From an uncultured Candidatus Saccharibacteria bacterium (GTDB taxonomy: Bacteria > Patescibacteriota > Minisyncoccia > Phycocordibacterales > UBA918), in the NCBI GenBank assembly GCA_964425625.1, contig CAYRMI010000002.1, positions 62,858 to 126,857 on the forward strand: DNA of 64,000 bases. The letters run 5' to 3'. Every line of letters begins with the position of its first letter. Position 1 is the stretch's first letter. A program made the translations under genes and the position numbers. Under the pieces are notes generated by a model. It did no database searches and was not told where the DNA came from. It saw nothing but the letters and a program-made list of their open reading frames with translations. This document shows positions 19,166 to 28,235 of this stretch, piece after piece.

Positions 19166-20105
19166 CTTCTATCTCGAGCTGGATGATTTCTTCGATGATA
19201 TCTTCTAGACTTATTACTCCTAAAAATTGATCGTTCTTAGTCATGACGATACCGAGGTGTTGGTAGCGTTTGAGCATTCTAGCTAAGACTACATCTAATT
19301 TTTCATCCGGTCTGACTTTTAAGAAAGAACGTTCAAAAGCTACTTCTGTATCATGGAGGGCGGTGTTTAGTTCTTCACCCAATAGGTCACGAGCAAATAA
19401 TATACCGATGATGTTGTCTTTATTGCCACTATAAATTGGGTAACGTGAATAAGCACTTTCACCTAAAGTAGCGATAAAATCATCAGTCATTCGTTGGTGT
19501 TCTTCAAAGCAGACCACCTTATCTTTAGGGGTCATCACCTCTCGCACGCTGGTGTGTGAGAACTGTAAGGCGCCGTGGATGATTCGTTCTTCATCGGCAT
19601 CGAGGTCACTATGTTCTGAGTCCTCCAACTCCGAAACTAAGTGCATTAGCTCGCGCTTAGAAAAGACGGTGGGTATTTCATCACCCAGCATTCGGTCTAG
19701 TAGGTAGGCAATCGGGTAAGTGATGGGTAGCATGACAAGCATCAGTACTTTGGTGACTGGGGCAAAGGTACTACCAAACCACAAAGCATGTCGAGCAAAG
19801 GCTGCTTGGGGAATGATTTCTCCTAAGAGAAAAATTGAAGCAGTAGCCACTATGCCAGCAATTACTCCACTAGCAATTGAGCCAATATAGACCGAAAGAG
19901 TAGTGTTAACCGCTACGTTACCCAGAAGTAGGGTAGTGAGTAGTAAGTTACCTTTCTGTCGAATTGGATAAACTGCCTTAGCAGCTCTATCACCCAATCG
20001 GGCTTTTCGTCTGAGGGTATTTGGATCAAGCGAAAAATAGCCCAACGTGAGACCGGAGAACATAGCTGAACAAGCCAAGAGAAAAATTGAGATGAGGTAT
20101 TCCAC
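19149..20105 (-). CDS. CNNM/DUF21 transmembrane domain plus CBS-pair protein (CorB/HlyC-like Mg2+/Co2+ efflux family).
   Basis: N-terminal four-TM DUF21 region followed by tandem CBS domains. GTG start. The 3' end overlaps the truB start by 17 nt. Confidence 0.75.
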   Translation of the reverse strand: MEYLISIFLLACSAMFSGLTLGYFSLDPNTLRRKARLGDRAAKAVYPIRQKGNLLLTTLLLGNVAVNTTLSVYIGSIASGVIAGIVATASIFLLGEIIPQAAFARHALWFGSTFAPVTKVLMLVMLPITYPIAYLLDRMLGDEIPTVFSKRELMHLVSELEDSEHSDLDADEERIIHGALQFSHTSVREVMTPKDKVVCFEEHQRMTDDFIATLGESAYSRYPIYSGNKDNIIGILFARDLLGEELNTALHDTEVAFERSFLKVRPDEKLDVVLARMLKRYQHLGIVMTKNDQFLGVISLEDIIEEIIQLEIEDEDER

Positions 20106-20214
20106 GATAGAGTTCTAGAGCGGTTCTCCGCCTAAGAAAGCATTAACCATAAGAAGCAATACGAAGCCAGCTAGGGCCAGGATTAAATATTTCATATAGT
20201 TAAATTATAGCAGA

Positions 20215-21648
20215 TTAACCAGCGACAAAAGTCAGAGCACCACCACGCTTGCTACCGCGACCAGTACGACCAATGCGGTGTACATAATCTTCATAGGTAT
20301 TCGGCAAGTCATAGTTAATGACATGAGAGACGTCGTCAACGTGGATACCACGAGCGGCTACATCGGTGGCAATCAGAGCTTGAATTTGACCGGCCTTGAA
20401 ACGCTGGAGGGCCCGTTGTCTTTGTCCGTGTGACTTATTGCCATGGATAGCATCGGCTTTGATACCGGCATGCACTAATTCCTGACTTAGTTTTTCCACA
20501 CTGTGCTTCATGGCACCAAAGATAATGACGCGAGTAAACTCAGGTTTCTTCAACATCGCTACCAAAGTATCAAACTTGTTATGGTGTTCATAGCGAACGA
20601 CATCTTGGGTGATAGTGTTGATGATGTCATTTTTCTTGATTGAGACTGTCACTGGTTTACGCAAAAATTCATGGATCAAGCCCTCGATAGATTTTGACAT
20701 AGTCGCCGAGAAGAAGAGAGTCTCCCGCTCATCTGGGACATCCTTAAGAATTTTCTTGATATCGTGAATAAATCCCATATCGAGCATACGGTCAGCTTCG
20801 TCCAAGATGATAGTAGTGATACCGCCTGGTTTGATATGGCCACGATCAAGTAAGTCCTGGACGCGACCTGGGGTACCAATAATGAAATGGTTTTTACGCT
20901 TTAGACCCATAATCTGAGGGCGGATATTCATCCCACCAACGCAAACAGTCGAATAAAGTTGCATCTTTGGAGTCAGACGACGAAACTCCTGTTCGACTTG
21001 GATCGCTAGCTCACGAGTTGGAGTAAGGATGAGGGTTTGTCTAGAAGGTTCGCGTAGAGTCTTGTGAATGGTTGGCAGTAAAAAAGCTGCGGTCTTACCG
21101 GTACCAGTTTGAGCTAGACCGACGACGTCATTTCCGTCCATGATATGGGGAATAACTTGGTCCTGAATCGCACTAGGAATAGTGATACCCATCGCTTCGA
21201 CTGATTCAACAATTCTTTGGTCTAGACCAAAATCCTTGAAGGTATGAGTAGCCGTATAAGGGGCTTCGGGCGAGAGTGGGGCCGGGTGTAGGTTGATAAA
21301 TTTAGAAACATCAAAGGTTTGTTGGACTCGTCGTCCACGACCACTACCACCGCGTCCACTGTTACTTCCGCCACGGTTATAACCACCGCGGTTACCACCA
21401 CTGGCAAAACTGCTACGAGGACTGCTACTTCGCTCGGTCCGGTTTGGGTAAATAAACTTACTACCAGTAGCGGTAGGGCGACTTGCGGTAGAACGAGGGC
21501 GAGCGGATGAACTACCAGTACCTCTCGTGTGAGAGGTAGAATGAGTACTTGAACCACTAGCAGAATGAGGGCGGGCACTACTAAAAGTGCGCCGAGGACG
21601 GTTACTAAAAGAGGTCGACCGACTAGGTCGGCTATCTGAACTATGCAT
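20215..21648 (-). CDS. DEAD-box ATP-dependent RNA helicase with an N-terminal Ser/Arg/Gly-rich low-complexity region.
   Basis: Motifs Q, I (AQTGTGKT), II (DEAD), III (SAT) and VI (HRIGRTGR). The first ~110 aa are SR/RGG-rich. The start is taken at the ATG 21646-21648 (MHSSDSRP), 27 codons downstream of the listed ORF start. Confidence 0.85.
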   Translation of the reverse strand: MHSSDSRPSRSTSFSNRPRRTFSSARPHSASGSSTHSTSHTRGTGSSSARPRSTASRPTATGSKFIYPNRTERSSSPRSSFASGGNRGGYNRGGSNSGRGGSGRGRRVQQTFDVSKFINLHPAPLSPEAPYTATHTFKDFGLDQRIVESVEAMGITIPSAIQDQVIPHIMDGNDVVGLAQTGTGKTAAFLLPTIHKTLREPSRQTLILTPTRELAIQVEQEFRRLTPKMQLYSTVCVGGMNIRPQIMGLKRKNHFIIGTPGRVQDLLDRGHIKPGGITTIILDEADRMLDMGFIHDIKKILKDVPDERETLFFSATMSKSIEGLIHEFLRKPVTVSIKKNDIINTITQDVVRYEHHNKFDTLVAMLKKPEFTRVIIFGAMKHSVEKLSQELVHAGIKADAIHGNKSHGQRQRALQRFKAGQIQALIATDVAARGIHVDDVSHVINYDLPNTYEDYVHRIGRTGRGSKRGGALTFVAG

Positions 21649-21824
21649 TATATTTTTATTGTTTAAGAAATTGCTAGGCAATTTCAGGATTGTGCAGTAA
21701 GTAAATCCAAACAAGTCACAAACTTCCAATAAATGGGGGTGACGGCTATTGGCCGCTCAAGAGCCCTACACGAGATTCTCAAGGTGCTAAGATAATAGCA
21801 TTAATGTAGAGAATAGTCAACACA

Positions 21825-21857
21825 GACTTGCAAAAGTATTGACAAAGTACTATTGTG
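21825..21857 (+). promoter_or_regulatory. Putative sigma70-like promoter for the small secreted-protein gene.
   Basis: TTGCAA, a 17-nt spacer, then TATTGT. The following ~60-nt leader contains two hairpins (GTCTGC...GCAGAC and CCATCG...CGATGG) and the SD AGGAGAGAG. Confidence 0.3.
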
Positions 21858-21924
21858 TGTTGGTCTGCCACAGGAGCAGACTCGGCCATCGGCCTCTCGA
21901 TGGTCGATACCAGGAGAGAGCACG

Positions 21925-22272
21925 ATGAAAAAAAGGAAGGGGTTAATCATAGCCCTATACGTAGCGGTACTATCCAGCCTAGCTTTGGCAGAGGAAGCAA
22001 CTCCATTGCCGATGGTTGAGGTTGGGCCAGGACTGACTTGTCTAAAACCACGCAAGTGGGAAGGAATCGATGTGTCGGGGCAGGCTGTTGGCTGTTCTGA
22101 TCTAGGCTTGGGGTTCGCCCTGGGTCTTAAAACATCGTTGCGGGTTGATACTGGATTGGCTCTAGCCCGCTGGGGTATGGGCCTGCGCTATCGCTACAGT
22201 GGCTCTGAGGAAGTTGAGGCAACTCGGCTCTCCAATGGGTCATTTTATGTCGTCTATCGGCGCAAGTTGTAA
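21925..22272 (+). CDS. Small secreted Gly-rich protein, hypothetical.
   Basis: Signal peptide MKKRKGLIIALYVAVLSSLALA. SD AGGAGAGAG lies 4 nt upstream. G+C is higher than the flanks. Confidence 0.5.
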   Translation: MKKRKGLIIALYVAVLSSLALAEEATPLPMVEVGPGLTCLKPRKWEGIDVSGQAVGCSDLGLGFALGLKTSLRVDTGLALARWGMGLRYRYSGSEEVEATRLSNGSFYVVYRRKL

Positions 22273-22503
22273 AGACGAAGTCACCATGAAGTTCTGATGG
22301 TGACGGCCTCGCTTTTTTGGCGGGGTCTTTTTTATTGTCTATTTTATCGCAAAGAAAAAGCGAAGGACGTACTGACGAAGATTTTGAAGAAGGTCGAACC
22401 TTCTTTATCAATCTGGTAAATAGTCAAATTATGGATAAAGTTATACGGGCAATCAATTTAAGTGATAGTATTATCGTAATTAGATAAATTTCTATTTTAT
22501 ACT

Positions 22504-23871
22504 ATGAATTTTGAAAAACCTGGATACGGAAACAGATTTGATGGGAATCATGAACCTCGTCCAGTCGAGGGTGAGGAGGTTCCGGGGGCAGATTATTTTA
22601 ATTCATCGTCTGGTGGTTTTGCGAACGATAAATTTTATTCCCAAGCTACCAATTATGCCGAAAAGATGGATCGAGAAAAACTCGAGCAGTTAGAGACGTT
22701 ACGACAGCTCTATGCAGCTCCGTTTCCGGTCAAACAACTCAATGTTGAAACACTGGCGGGGGCCGAGTACAGTAAAGAAAAAGAACAAGAAGATAGAGGG
22801 TATCTAGAAGCGTGGCGGTCGTATCACGAAGGGAAGAATAAATGGCTTGCGGATGAGCTGCGAGTTCAAAAAGATGAGAGAAGGAAGCTGGCCCAAACCT
22901 ACGATGAGCGGCAGGTGATTGATGATTGGTATTTTGCTGAGACACAGCGGCTATTTGTTGAACAACAATCTACCTTCACTCAGTATATGGAGAGGCTAAA
23001 TCAAATAAACCAAGGGGTATATCGTTATCGTACGTCGGCGTTTACTGGCTCTGCTTATTCGGGTACTTCCCAAGGAAGTCCGTTTGGTGAGAGGGTAGAG
23101 CCGAATTCTAATATTCAAGAGGAAACCGTCACCCCGGAAGAAAGACCTGCTCCGGCAATAGATATTGAAGCTTTACTGGCCGCGGCACGCAAGGAAGCTG
23201 AAGAGAGAGAAGCGGCCCAGCAGGAAAGGATACGAAAATTGAAAGAGAAAGAAGAAAGAGAGGCTAGAGAACATCAAGAACGCATGCGGCAAAGGCAAGA
23301 ACGTCATGATCGGGTGATGAATATCTTGTCCGAAATTAAAAATAAAATGCTTCGTTCGCTGGCGGGTCTTACTCAGGCGACGCCGGCCGATGAATGGTTT
23401 TATAAAAAGTGCCAAGAGTTGCAAGATGGCTATAGTTCACCAGATCAGTTAGATGAATTTTATACAGGGGTAGAGAAGGCAATGTTTGAATATGAAGAGA
23501 TGAAGGCAGCAGAAACTTTTCAAGAACCACCGCATAGAGAAGCCGAAAACGTAAACGAGAGAGAGTCAACGATTGATGCTTCGCAGGCAGAGCTTTTAGC
23601 GACGTTCGGCTTAACATCGGCAGAGTATGATGTGGTGATGAGTGATAAAGGGGTAGACATCTCTCCGGAACTGCTGAGGTCGTTAGTGTTGAGGATAATG
23701 AAGGTTGAAAATCCGCATGATACAGAAGCAGTAAAGAAATCATTCAGAAGGTTGGCAATGGATTGGCATCCGGATCGAAGCAGTGATAAGTACAAACTAT
23801 TTAATGCGCAAAAGTTTGCTGTTCTGAATGCTTTTTATAACAACATCTATCGACCGCGTTTTAACATATAA
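22504..23871 (+). CDS. J-domain protein with a C-terminal DnaJ domain, a central ERK-rich coiled coil and an N-terminal domain of unknown function.
   Basis: C-terminal KKSFRRLAMDWHPDRSSDKYKLFNAQKFAVLNAFY carries the HPD tripeptide in J-domain helix II-III context. A long charged E/R/K segment spans residues ~215-265. Confidence 0.7.
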   Translation: MNFEKPGYGNRFDGNHEPRPVEGEEVPGADYFNSSSGGFANDKFYSQATNYAEKMDREKLEQLETLRQLYAAPFPVKQLNVETLAGAEYSKEKEQEDRGYLEAWRSYHEGKNKWLADELRVQKDERRKLAQTYDERQVIDDWYFAETQRLFVEQQSTFTQYMERLNQINQGVYRYRTSAFTGSAYSGTSQGSPFGERVEPNSNIQEETVTPEERPAPAIDIEALLAAARKEAEEREAAQQERIRKLKEKEEREAREHQERMRQRQERHDRVMNILSEIKNKMLRSLAGLTQATPADEWFYKKCQELQDGYSSPDQLDEFYTGVEKAMFEYEEMKAAETFQEPPHREAENVNERESTIDASQAELLATFGLTSAEYDVVMSDKGVDISPELLRSLVLRIMKVENPHDTEAVKKSFRRLAMDWHPDRSSDKYKLFNAQKFAVLNAFYNNIYRPRFNI

Positions 23872-23881
23872 GGTATAAAGA

Positions 23882-23914
23882 AACCCGCCAAGACGAGTTT
23901 CTCGTTGGCGGGTT
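23882..23914. terminator. Bidirectional terminator between the convergent J-domain gene and the minus-strand operon.
   Basis: AACCCGCCAA-GACGAG-ttt-CTCG-TTGGCGGGTT with a 10+5-bp stem, followed by GTTTATT. Confidence 0.7.
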
Positions 23915-23916
23915 GT

Positions 23917-24771
23917 TTATTCATTGAACGCATCTGCACTTCTTTCGGCAAAGTACATCATACCTTGCTGGCCCGTGAAGACCGAGATAGGTGACTTATT
24001 GCCAAAAAAAGCATTTGCGTCCTGTGATTTTAGGAAACTACCAACTATCTTGCAGTAAACCGCTTGTAGCTCGAGTGGTATTTCTGCTTTATGCGCGCGA
24101 AGCCTCGTTCCTGCTTCTTCAAGTGACGGCCTCTTTCTCCGGGCTAATTGTTTCAGAATACCTCGAGTCAAGTAAGGTCCGACCGCGAGTCCGTAGATAG
24201 TCGCTAGAAATTGTGAGTTGCAAATGCTATCACACAACTCATCGCGAAAATCATGTACTTGGCCCTGGACGCGCAAAATGAAGAATTCAGCCAGGGTGAT
24301 GGATGCATCTATCTTTTTTCTTTGGTTGATTTCTTCCTCGAGGACCTCCAAGGCATCGTTTGTTGATAGGTGAAGTTTTTCCGCCTTCTCCACCAGGAGA
24401 TCGACTAAGTCTAAATCGCCCTTTCGTCGTGGCAAGAACTCAACTGTCGGTAACTGACTAAGCTTGCGTAGTTCAAGTACTCCTTCTCGCAAAATCCGCG
24501 ACAGTGGTTCTCTCTTTACTTCCCAAACAGCGTCACCGGGGTGGCTACTTAGGTAATAGGAAATTATGCTGTCGATGAGACGTACGGCATAACTATAACT
24601 CTCCTTCCGCGCCGAAGCGCGGAAGAATCGTTCGACTGTCTTTAGCGTGAGGTCTACACCTTCTTGCTTTAGACGCTCGACATCTCCCTCAACCAGCACT
24701 CCTTCGCTTAAACCGCGCAAGAGTACTTGTTGGAAAGGAGAGAGCTTAGGGTAGGTTTTCACCATTTCCAT
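23917..24771 (-). CDS. Hypothetical protein, third gene of the J-domain operon.
   Basis: 285 aa from the ATG (MEMVKTY) that is preceded by GGAG. No motif I recognise. High G+C. Confidence 0.5.
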   Translation of the reverse strand: MEMVKTYPKLSPFQQVLLRGLSEGVLVEGDVERLKQEGVDLTLKTVERFFRASARKESYSYAVRLIDSIISYYLSSHPGDAVWEVKREPLSRILREGVLELRKLSQLPTVEFLPRRKGDLDLVDLLVEKAEKLHLSTNDALEVLEEEINQRKKIDASITLAEFFILRVQGQVHDFRDELCDSICNSQFLATIYGLAVGPYLTRGILKQLARRKRPSLEEAGTRLRAHKAEIPLELQAVYCKIVGSFLKSQDANAFFGNKSPISVFTGQQGMMYFAERSADAFNE

Positions 24772-24799
24772 GACTAGCTCCTTTCCAAGATTGAGGATT

Positions 24800-25480
24800 T
24801 CAGGCGAACGGATCGTCAGTCGGGGAGAGCTCATCAACAAACCGTTGGCGTGCAGTCCGGCGGAGCTCTTCTTCAATATCAGTCCCGCTCCGCTTGGCCG
24901 AAATCACCAGCTCACTGACCTTATGGAAGGTCTGTGGCGCGTTGATGCGCAAAGACCAGGTGAGCTCCTGCCAGTTGCCGACTTCGATAGTCGCTTCCGT
25001 GACCGCTGGACCGTCCTCCGTAAACCTGCCATGGCGCACGTAAGACGAGAACTGAACCGGCGGAAAGACGGAGGCGAGCGCCAAGAGACCAATCGGGCTC
25101 TTCCCGAGTTCGCGGAAGTACTTCCCGCGTGCCCTGGATTCCAGCTGGAGAATGACGCCACAGATTACTTCACAGATGGTGCTGGCGCTACCTTCCGGTC
25201 GCTTACCGTCGTCAACCAGAGGCAGGCGCTCAACCGCTTCGAGCAATTGGCGGGGAGTCAGCAAGGCACCGACTATGCCGGGCTTGCTGTAGTCAAAGCC
25301 GCGAACGATGTCCGCGACGACCAGTGCCGGGAGCTTGGCCACGACGAGCGCAGCTACCGAATCACCGTTGGCGTCGGCGATGCTCTGCACGGCCTGGTCG
25401 GCAGCGAGGGCACCGTTTTGACGCAGAATGGCGACGATGGCGGTTGGCTGTTGGTCAGCCGGAATGAGGTTGAGGTTCAT
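24800..25480 (-). CDS. Hypothetical protein, second gene of the J-domain operon.
   Basis: 226 aa from the ATG (MNLNLIPADQQ) with SD AGGAGAG overlapping the upstream stop. Ala/Val/Leu-rich and protein-like. The plus-strand ORF 24770..25495 is Arg-rich and judged antisense. Confidence 0.5.
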   Translation of the reverse strand: MNLNLIPADQQPTAIVAILRQNGALAADQAVQSIADANGDSVAALVVAKLPALVVADIVRGFDYSKPGIVGALLTPRQLLEAVERLPLVDDGKRPEGSASTICEVICGVILQLESRARGKYFRELGKSPIGLLALASVFPPVQFSSYVRHGRFTEDGPAVTEATIEVGNWQELTWSLRINAPQTFHKVSELVISAKRSGTDIEEELRRTARQRFVDELSPTDDPFA

Positions 25481-25491
25481 TTGTTTCTCTC

Positions 25492-25782
25492 CTAATTGTT
25501 GAGTTGGGTGAGGGTGGACTGGATGAAGTCCTCCCACGCAGTTTGGGCTGCGAGGGTAGGTCTCTCGACTAACTCTGTCAGCACGCGATGATCATACGCC
25601 GCTCGCTTTTCAGAGTCACTTAGTGTTTCATAGGCCTCCTTTGCCTGTTGAAATATTTGCGTGAGCTTGGTGTCATTGTCGTTACGATCCGGATGGGTTC
25701 GCATGGCAATGACACGAAAGCGGTCAGTGATCTCCTTAGTGGTCGCCGAAGGCAACACACCAAGGATGTTGTAGTAGTCCAT
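25492..25782 (-). CDS. Stand-alone J-domain protein (DnaJ-like co-chaperone, 96 aa).
   Basis: DYYNILGV...HPDRN...AKEAYETLSDSEKRAAYD is a near-canonical J-domain. A short C-terminal tail follows. Confidence 0.85.
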   Translation of the reverse strand: MDYYNILGVLPSATTKEITDRFRVIAMRTHPDRNDNDTKLTQIFQQAKEAYETLSDSEKRAAYDHRVLTELVERPTLAAQTAWEDFIQSTLTQLNN

Positions 25783-25954
25783 TTGTAGTTTCCTTTATCA
25801 AGGTCCATCTTTTTTTAGTATAGCATAAAAGAATTAAAAGTCAATAGCTTGGCTTAAAATATGGCTAAAATAGTGGATAGGGTGGTTTTATTATTGGGTG
25901 ACCTGTGTTATTATGCCGGCGCTAGAGCGCTCTGTGCGTTCTGGGTAGATTTGT

Positions 25955-26725
25955 ATGTTTTCCTTGATTAACACAGCGTACGCAGCGGAAGGCGGTATTC
26001 ACGTCGCTCTTAAACCGTATATTGTAGGTGAGTTTTTTGGTATACCAATTACAGCCACTCTACTCACTACTTGGCTTACTATGGCCGTTCTTATCATTAT
26101 GGCGATTGTTGTCCGCCGTCAGCTTTCCGCTATTCCCGGTAAGCTCCAGAGTATGGCGGAGATGCTCATCGGTGGAGTGTTTGATTATATGAGTGATGTA
26201 CTGGAGAGTCGCCCCATGGCCATGAAGTACTTTGGCGTGGTAATGACAATTTTTATCTTTGTCCTGACGCTCAACTGGATTGGACTATTACCGGGAGTGA
26301 CCTCAATCGGCTATACGCACGACGGACACTTTATTCCTTTCTTATATCCAGCTGCCACCGATCTCAATTTGACCCTGGCTTTTGCCTTGATTGCTTTTGT
26401 GACCATTGAGATGGCTGGTTTTGTGACACTAGGCTTCTTTAAGTACGCCGGTAAGTTTATCAATTTTTCTTCACCCTTGGCTTTCATCATTGGCCTCATT
26501 GAACTCATCTCTGAGCTGGCTCGTCTAATTTCGTTCTCCTTCCGTCTTTTCGGTAACATTTTCGCCGGCAAGACTTTGCTAGTGGTGATTATGTTCTTTA
26601 TCCCGTATATCGTGCCGGTGCCACTAATCGCCTTTGAGGTGTTTGTTGGTTTTATTCAGGCTTTTATCTTTGCCATTTTGACCTTGTTCTTTATTAAGTT
26701 GGCAGCCGCCGAGCCCCAACACTAG
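25955..26725 (+). CDS. atpB: ATP synthase F0 subunit a.
   Basis: Polytopic with the conserved Arg region ISFSFRLFGNIFAGKT. Confidence 0.85.
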   Translation: MFSLINTAYAAEGGIHVALKPYIVGEFFGIPITATLLTTWLTMAVLIIMAIVVRRQLSAIPGKLQSMAEMLIGGVFDYMSDVLESRPMAMKYFGVVMTIFIFVLTLNWIGLLPGVTSIGYTHDGHFIPFLYPAATDLNLTLAFALIAFVTIEMAGFVTLGFFKYAGKFINFSSPLAFIIGLIELISELARLISFSFRLFGNIFAGKTLLVVIMFFIPYIVPVPLIAFEVFVGFIQAFIFAILTLFFIKLAAAEPQH

Positions 26726-26821
26726 TGGATAATCACGAGTCTCGCGTTAAAACAAATTGGGCGTGACTCGTACTTGTTCAGTAGCAAAGAGAGGTTCAAT
26801 TAATTATCAATTAAAATTTAA

Positions 26822-27088
<267 letters not shown>

Positions 27089-27281
27089 TTATTTTAATTT
27101 CACGTCATTGACTTTGTCGTGATGCGAAAAATATAACTCACCGTACGCTTGTACGACTCGTCATATTTTTCTTTCACTCCTCGTCACTAACGTAAAATAA
27201 AAATAATTCATTACACGACTTTACTTGAAGAAAGTCTCAAATCAGAAGCCACTCTTAATTACTAACCCTTTTTAACTCACT

Positions 27282-27731
27282 ATGGACGAAATCATCAACG
27301 CCTTTGGCATCGACGCAAGACTCATCATCATTCAAATAGTAAACTTTACTATCCTGATGGCGGCCTTGGGGTATTTCTTGTACCGACCGATCCTTAAGCT
27401 CCTTAAAGAGCGCGAGGAGAAGATCGCGCAAGGTATCAAAGACGCCGAGCTAGCCGCCGAAGCCAAGGCGCAAGCTGATAGTGAGAAGCAGGTAGTATTA
27501 AGTGCGGCCCATGGTGAGGCTTCAGCTATTGCTTCCCGTGCCAAAGTAGCGGCTGAAGGGAAGTCCGCTGATATTTTGGCTGCGGCGCAAGAGAAAGCCG
27601 CCCAAGTAGTTAAGGACGCCGAAGCCAAGAGCGAGCAACTAAAGAAGCAAGCTTTGGCTGATAGTGAAAAGGAGGTCGCTCAACTAGCCATCTTGGCGGC
27701 GGAGAAGTTGCTCAGAGAAAAAGTTGGCTAA
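27282..27731 (+). CDS. atpF: ATP synthase F0 subunit b.
   Basis: N-terminal TM helix followed by a long Ala/Glu/Lys-rich helix. Position is between atpE and atpH. Confidence 0.8.
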   Translation: MDEIINAFGIDARLIIIQIVNFTILMAALGYFLYRPILKLLKEREEKIAQGIKDAELAAEAKAQADSEKQVVLSAAHGEASAIASRAKVAAEGKSADILAAAQEKAAQVVKDAEAKSEQLKKQALADSEKEVAQLAILAAEKLLREKVG

Positions 27732-27737
27732 TCAAAT

Positions 27738-28124
27738 ATGAAAAACGCTTACGTTACAGCCTTAACCAACAGCCTACTTTCTGGCCTTAGTCCCGAAGAA
27801 GCTTTGTTAAACACCAAAGCGTTATTGGCTCGCAAGGGTCACCTACGTCTTTGGCCACAGATACTGCGAGCCACTAAGCGCGTATTAGAAGCCAAGCTCA
27901 AATCACACGTTCCGCAAGTCACGGTAGCCCAAAGTGGAACTATCGCTGAAAGTAAGATTAAGTCGGCTCTAGCGGAGATTGGCGTAGCTGAAACTGAGTC
28001 TTATACTGAAGTTGTTGATACTACTTTAGTTGGTGGGTTTACCGCTCGCTTCAAAGGAAAACTAATTGATCAAAGCTACAAACGTGCCTTGGTTAATTTG
28101 TATCTTAATATCACCAAGTCCTAA
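27738..28124 (+). CDS. atpH: ATP synthase F1 subunit delta (short form, 128 aa).
   Basis: C-terminal GGFTARFKGKLIDQSYKRALVNL matches the delta C-terminus. Position is between atpF and atpA. Confidence 0.7.
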   Translation: MKNAYVTALTNSLLSGLSPEEALLNTKALLARKGHLRLWPQILRATKRVLEAKLKSHVPQVTVAQSGTIAESKIKSALAEIGVAETESYTEVVDTTLVGGFTARFKGKLIDQSYKRALVNLYLNITKS

Positions 28125-28140
28125 CCCTAATAAAATAAAG

Positions 28141-28165
28141 TTGAGTAAGGTCGAACCTTACTCAA
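28141..28165. repeat. REP-like palindromic element (copy 2 of a dispersed family).
   Basis: TTGAGTAAGGTCGAACCTTACTCAA is identical to 37281-37305. It forms an 8-bp stem (GAGTAAGG/CCTTACTC) with a TCGAA loop and lies between atpH and atpA. Confidence 0.7.
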
Positions 28166-28235
28166 AACCTCCCTCAGAAATCTCGCTTTTTATTAACCAA
28201 AATTATCAACCAAAATCACTAATTAAAAAATTATC

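Noticed and set aside
21222-21578. 118-aa minus-strand and 63-aa plus-strand ORFs inside the DEAD-box N-terminal region.
   Set aside because: Products of the repetitive SR/RGG-encoding sequence (Val/Leu/Pro-rich or Thr-rich mirror frames). They are not independent genes.
24770-25495. 241-aa plus-strand ORF overlapping the J-domain operon.
   Set aside because: Arg-rich, low-complexity translation typical of the antisense frame of a G+C-rich gene. The minus-strand ORF has protein-like composition, a strong SD and an operon context.
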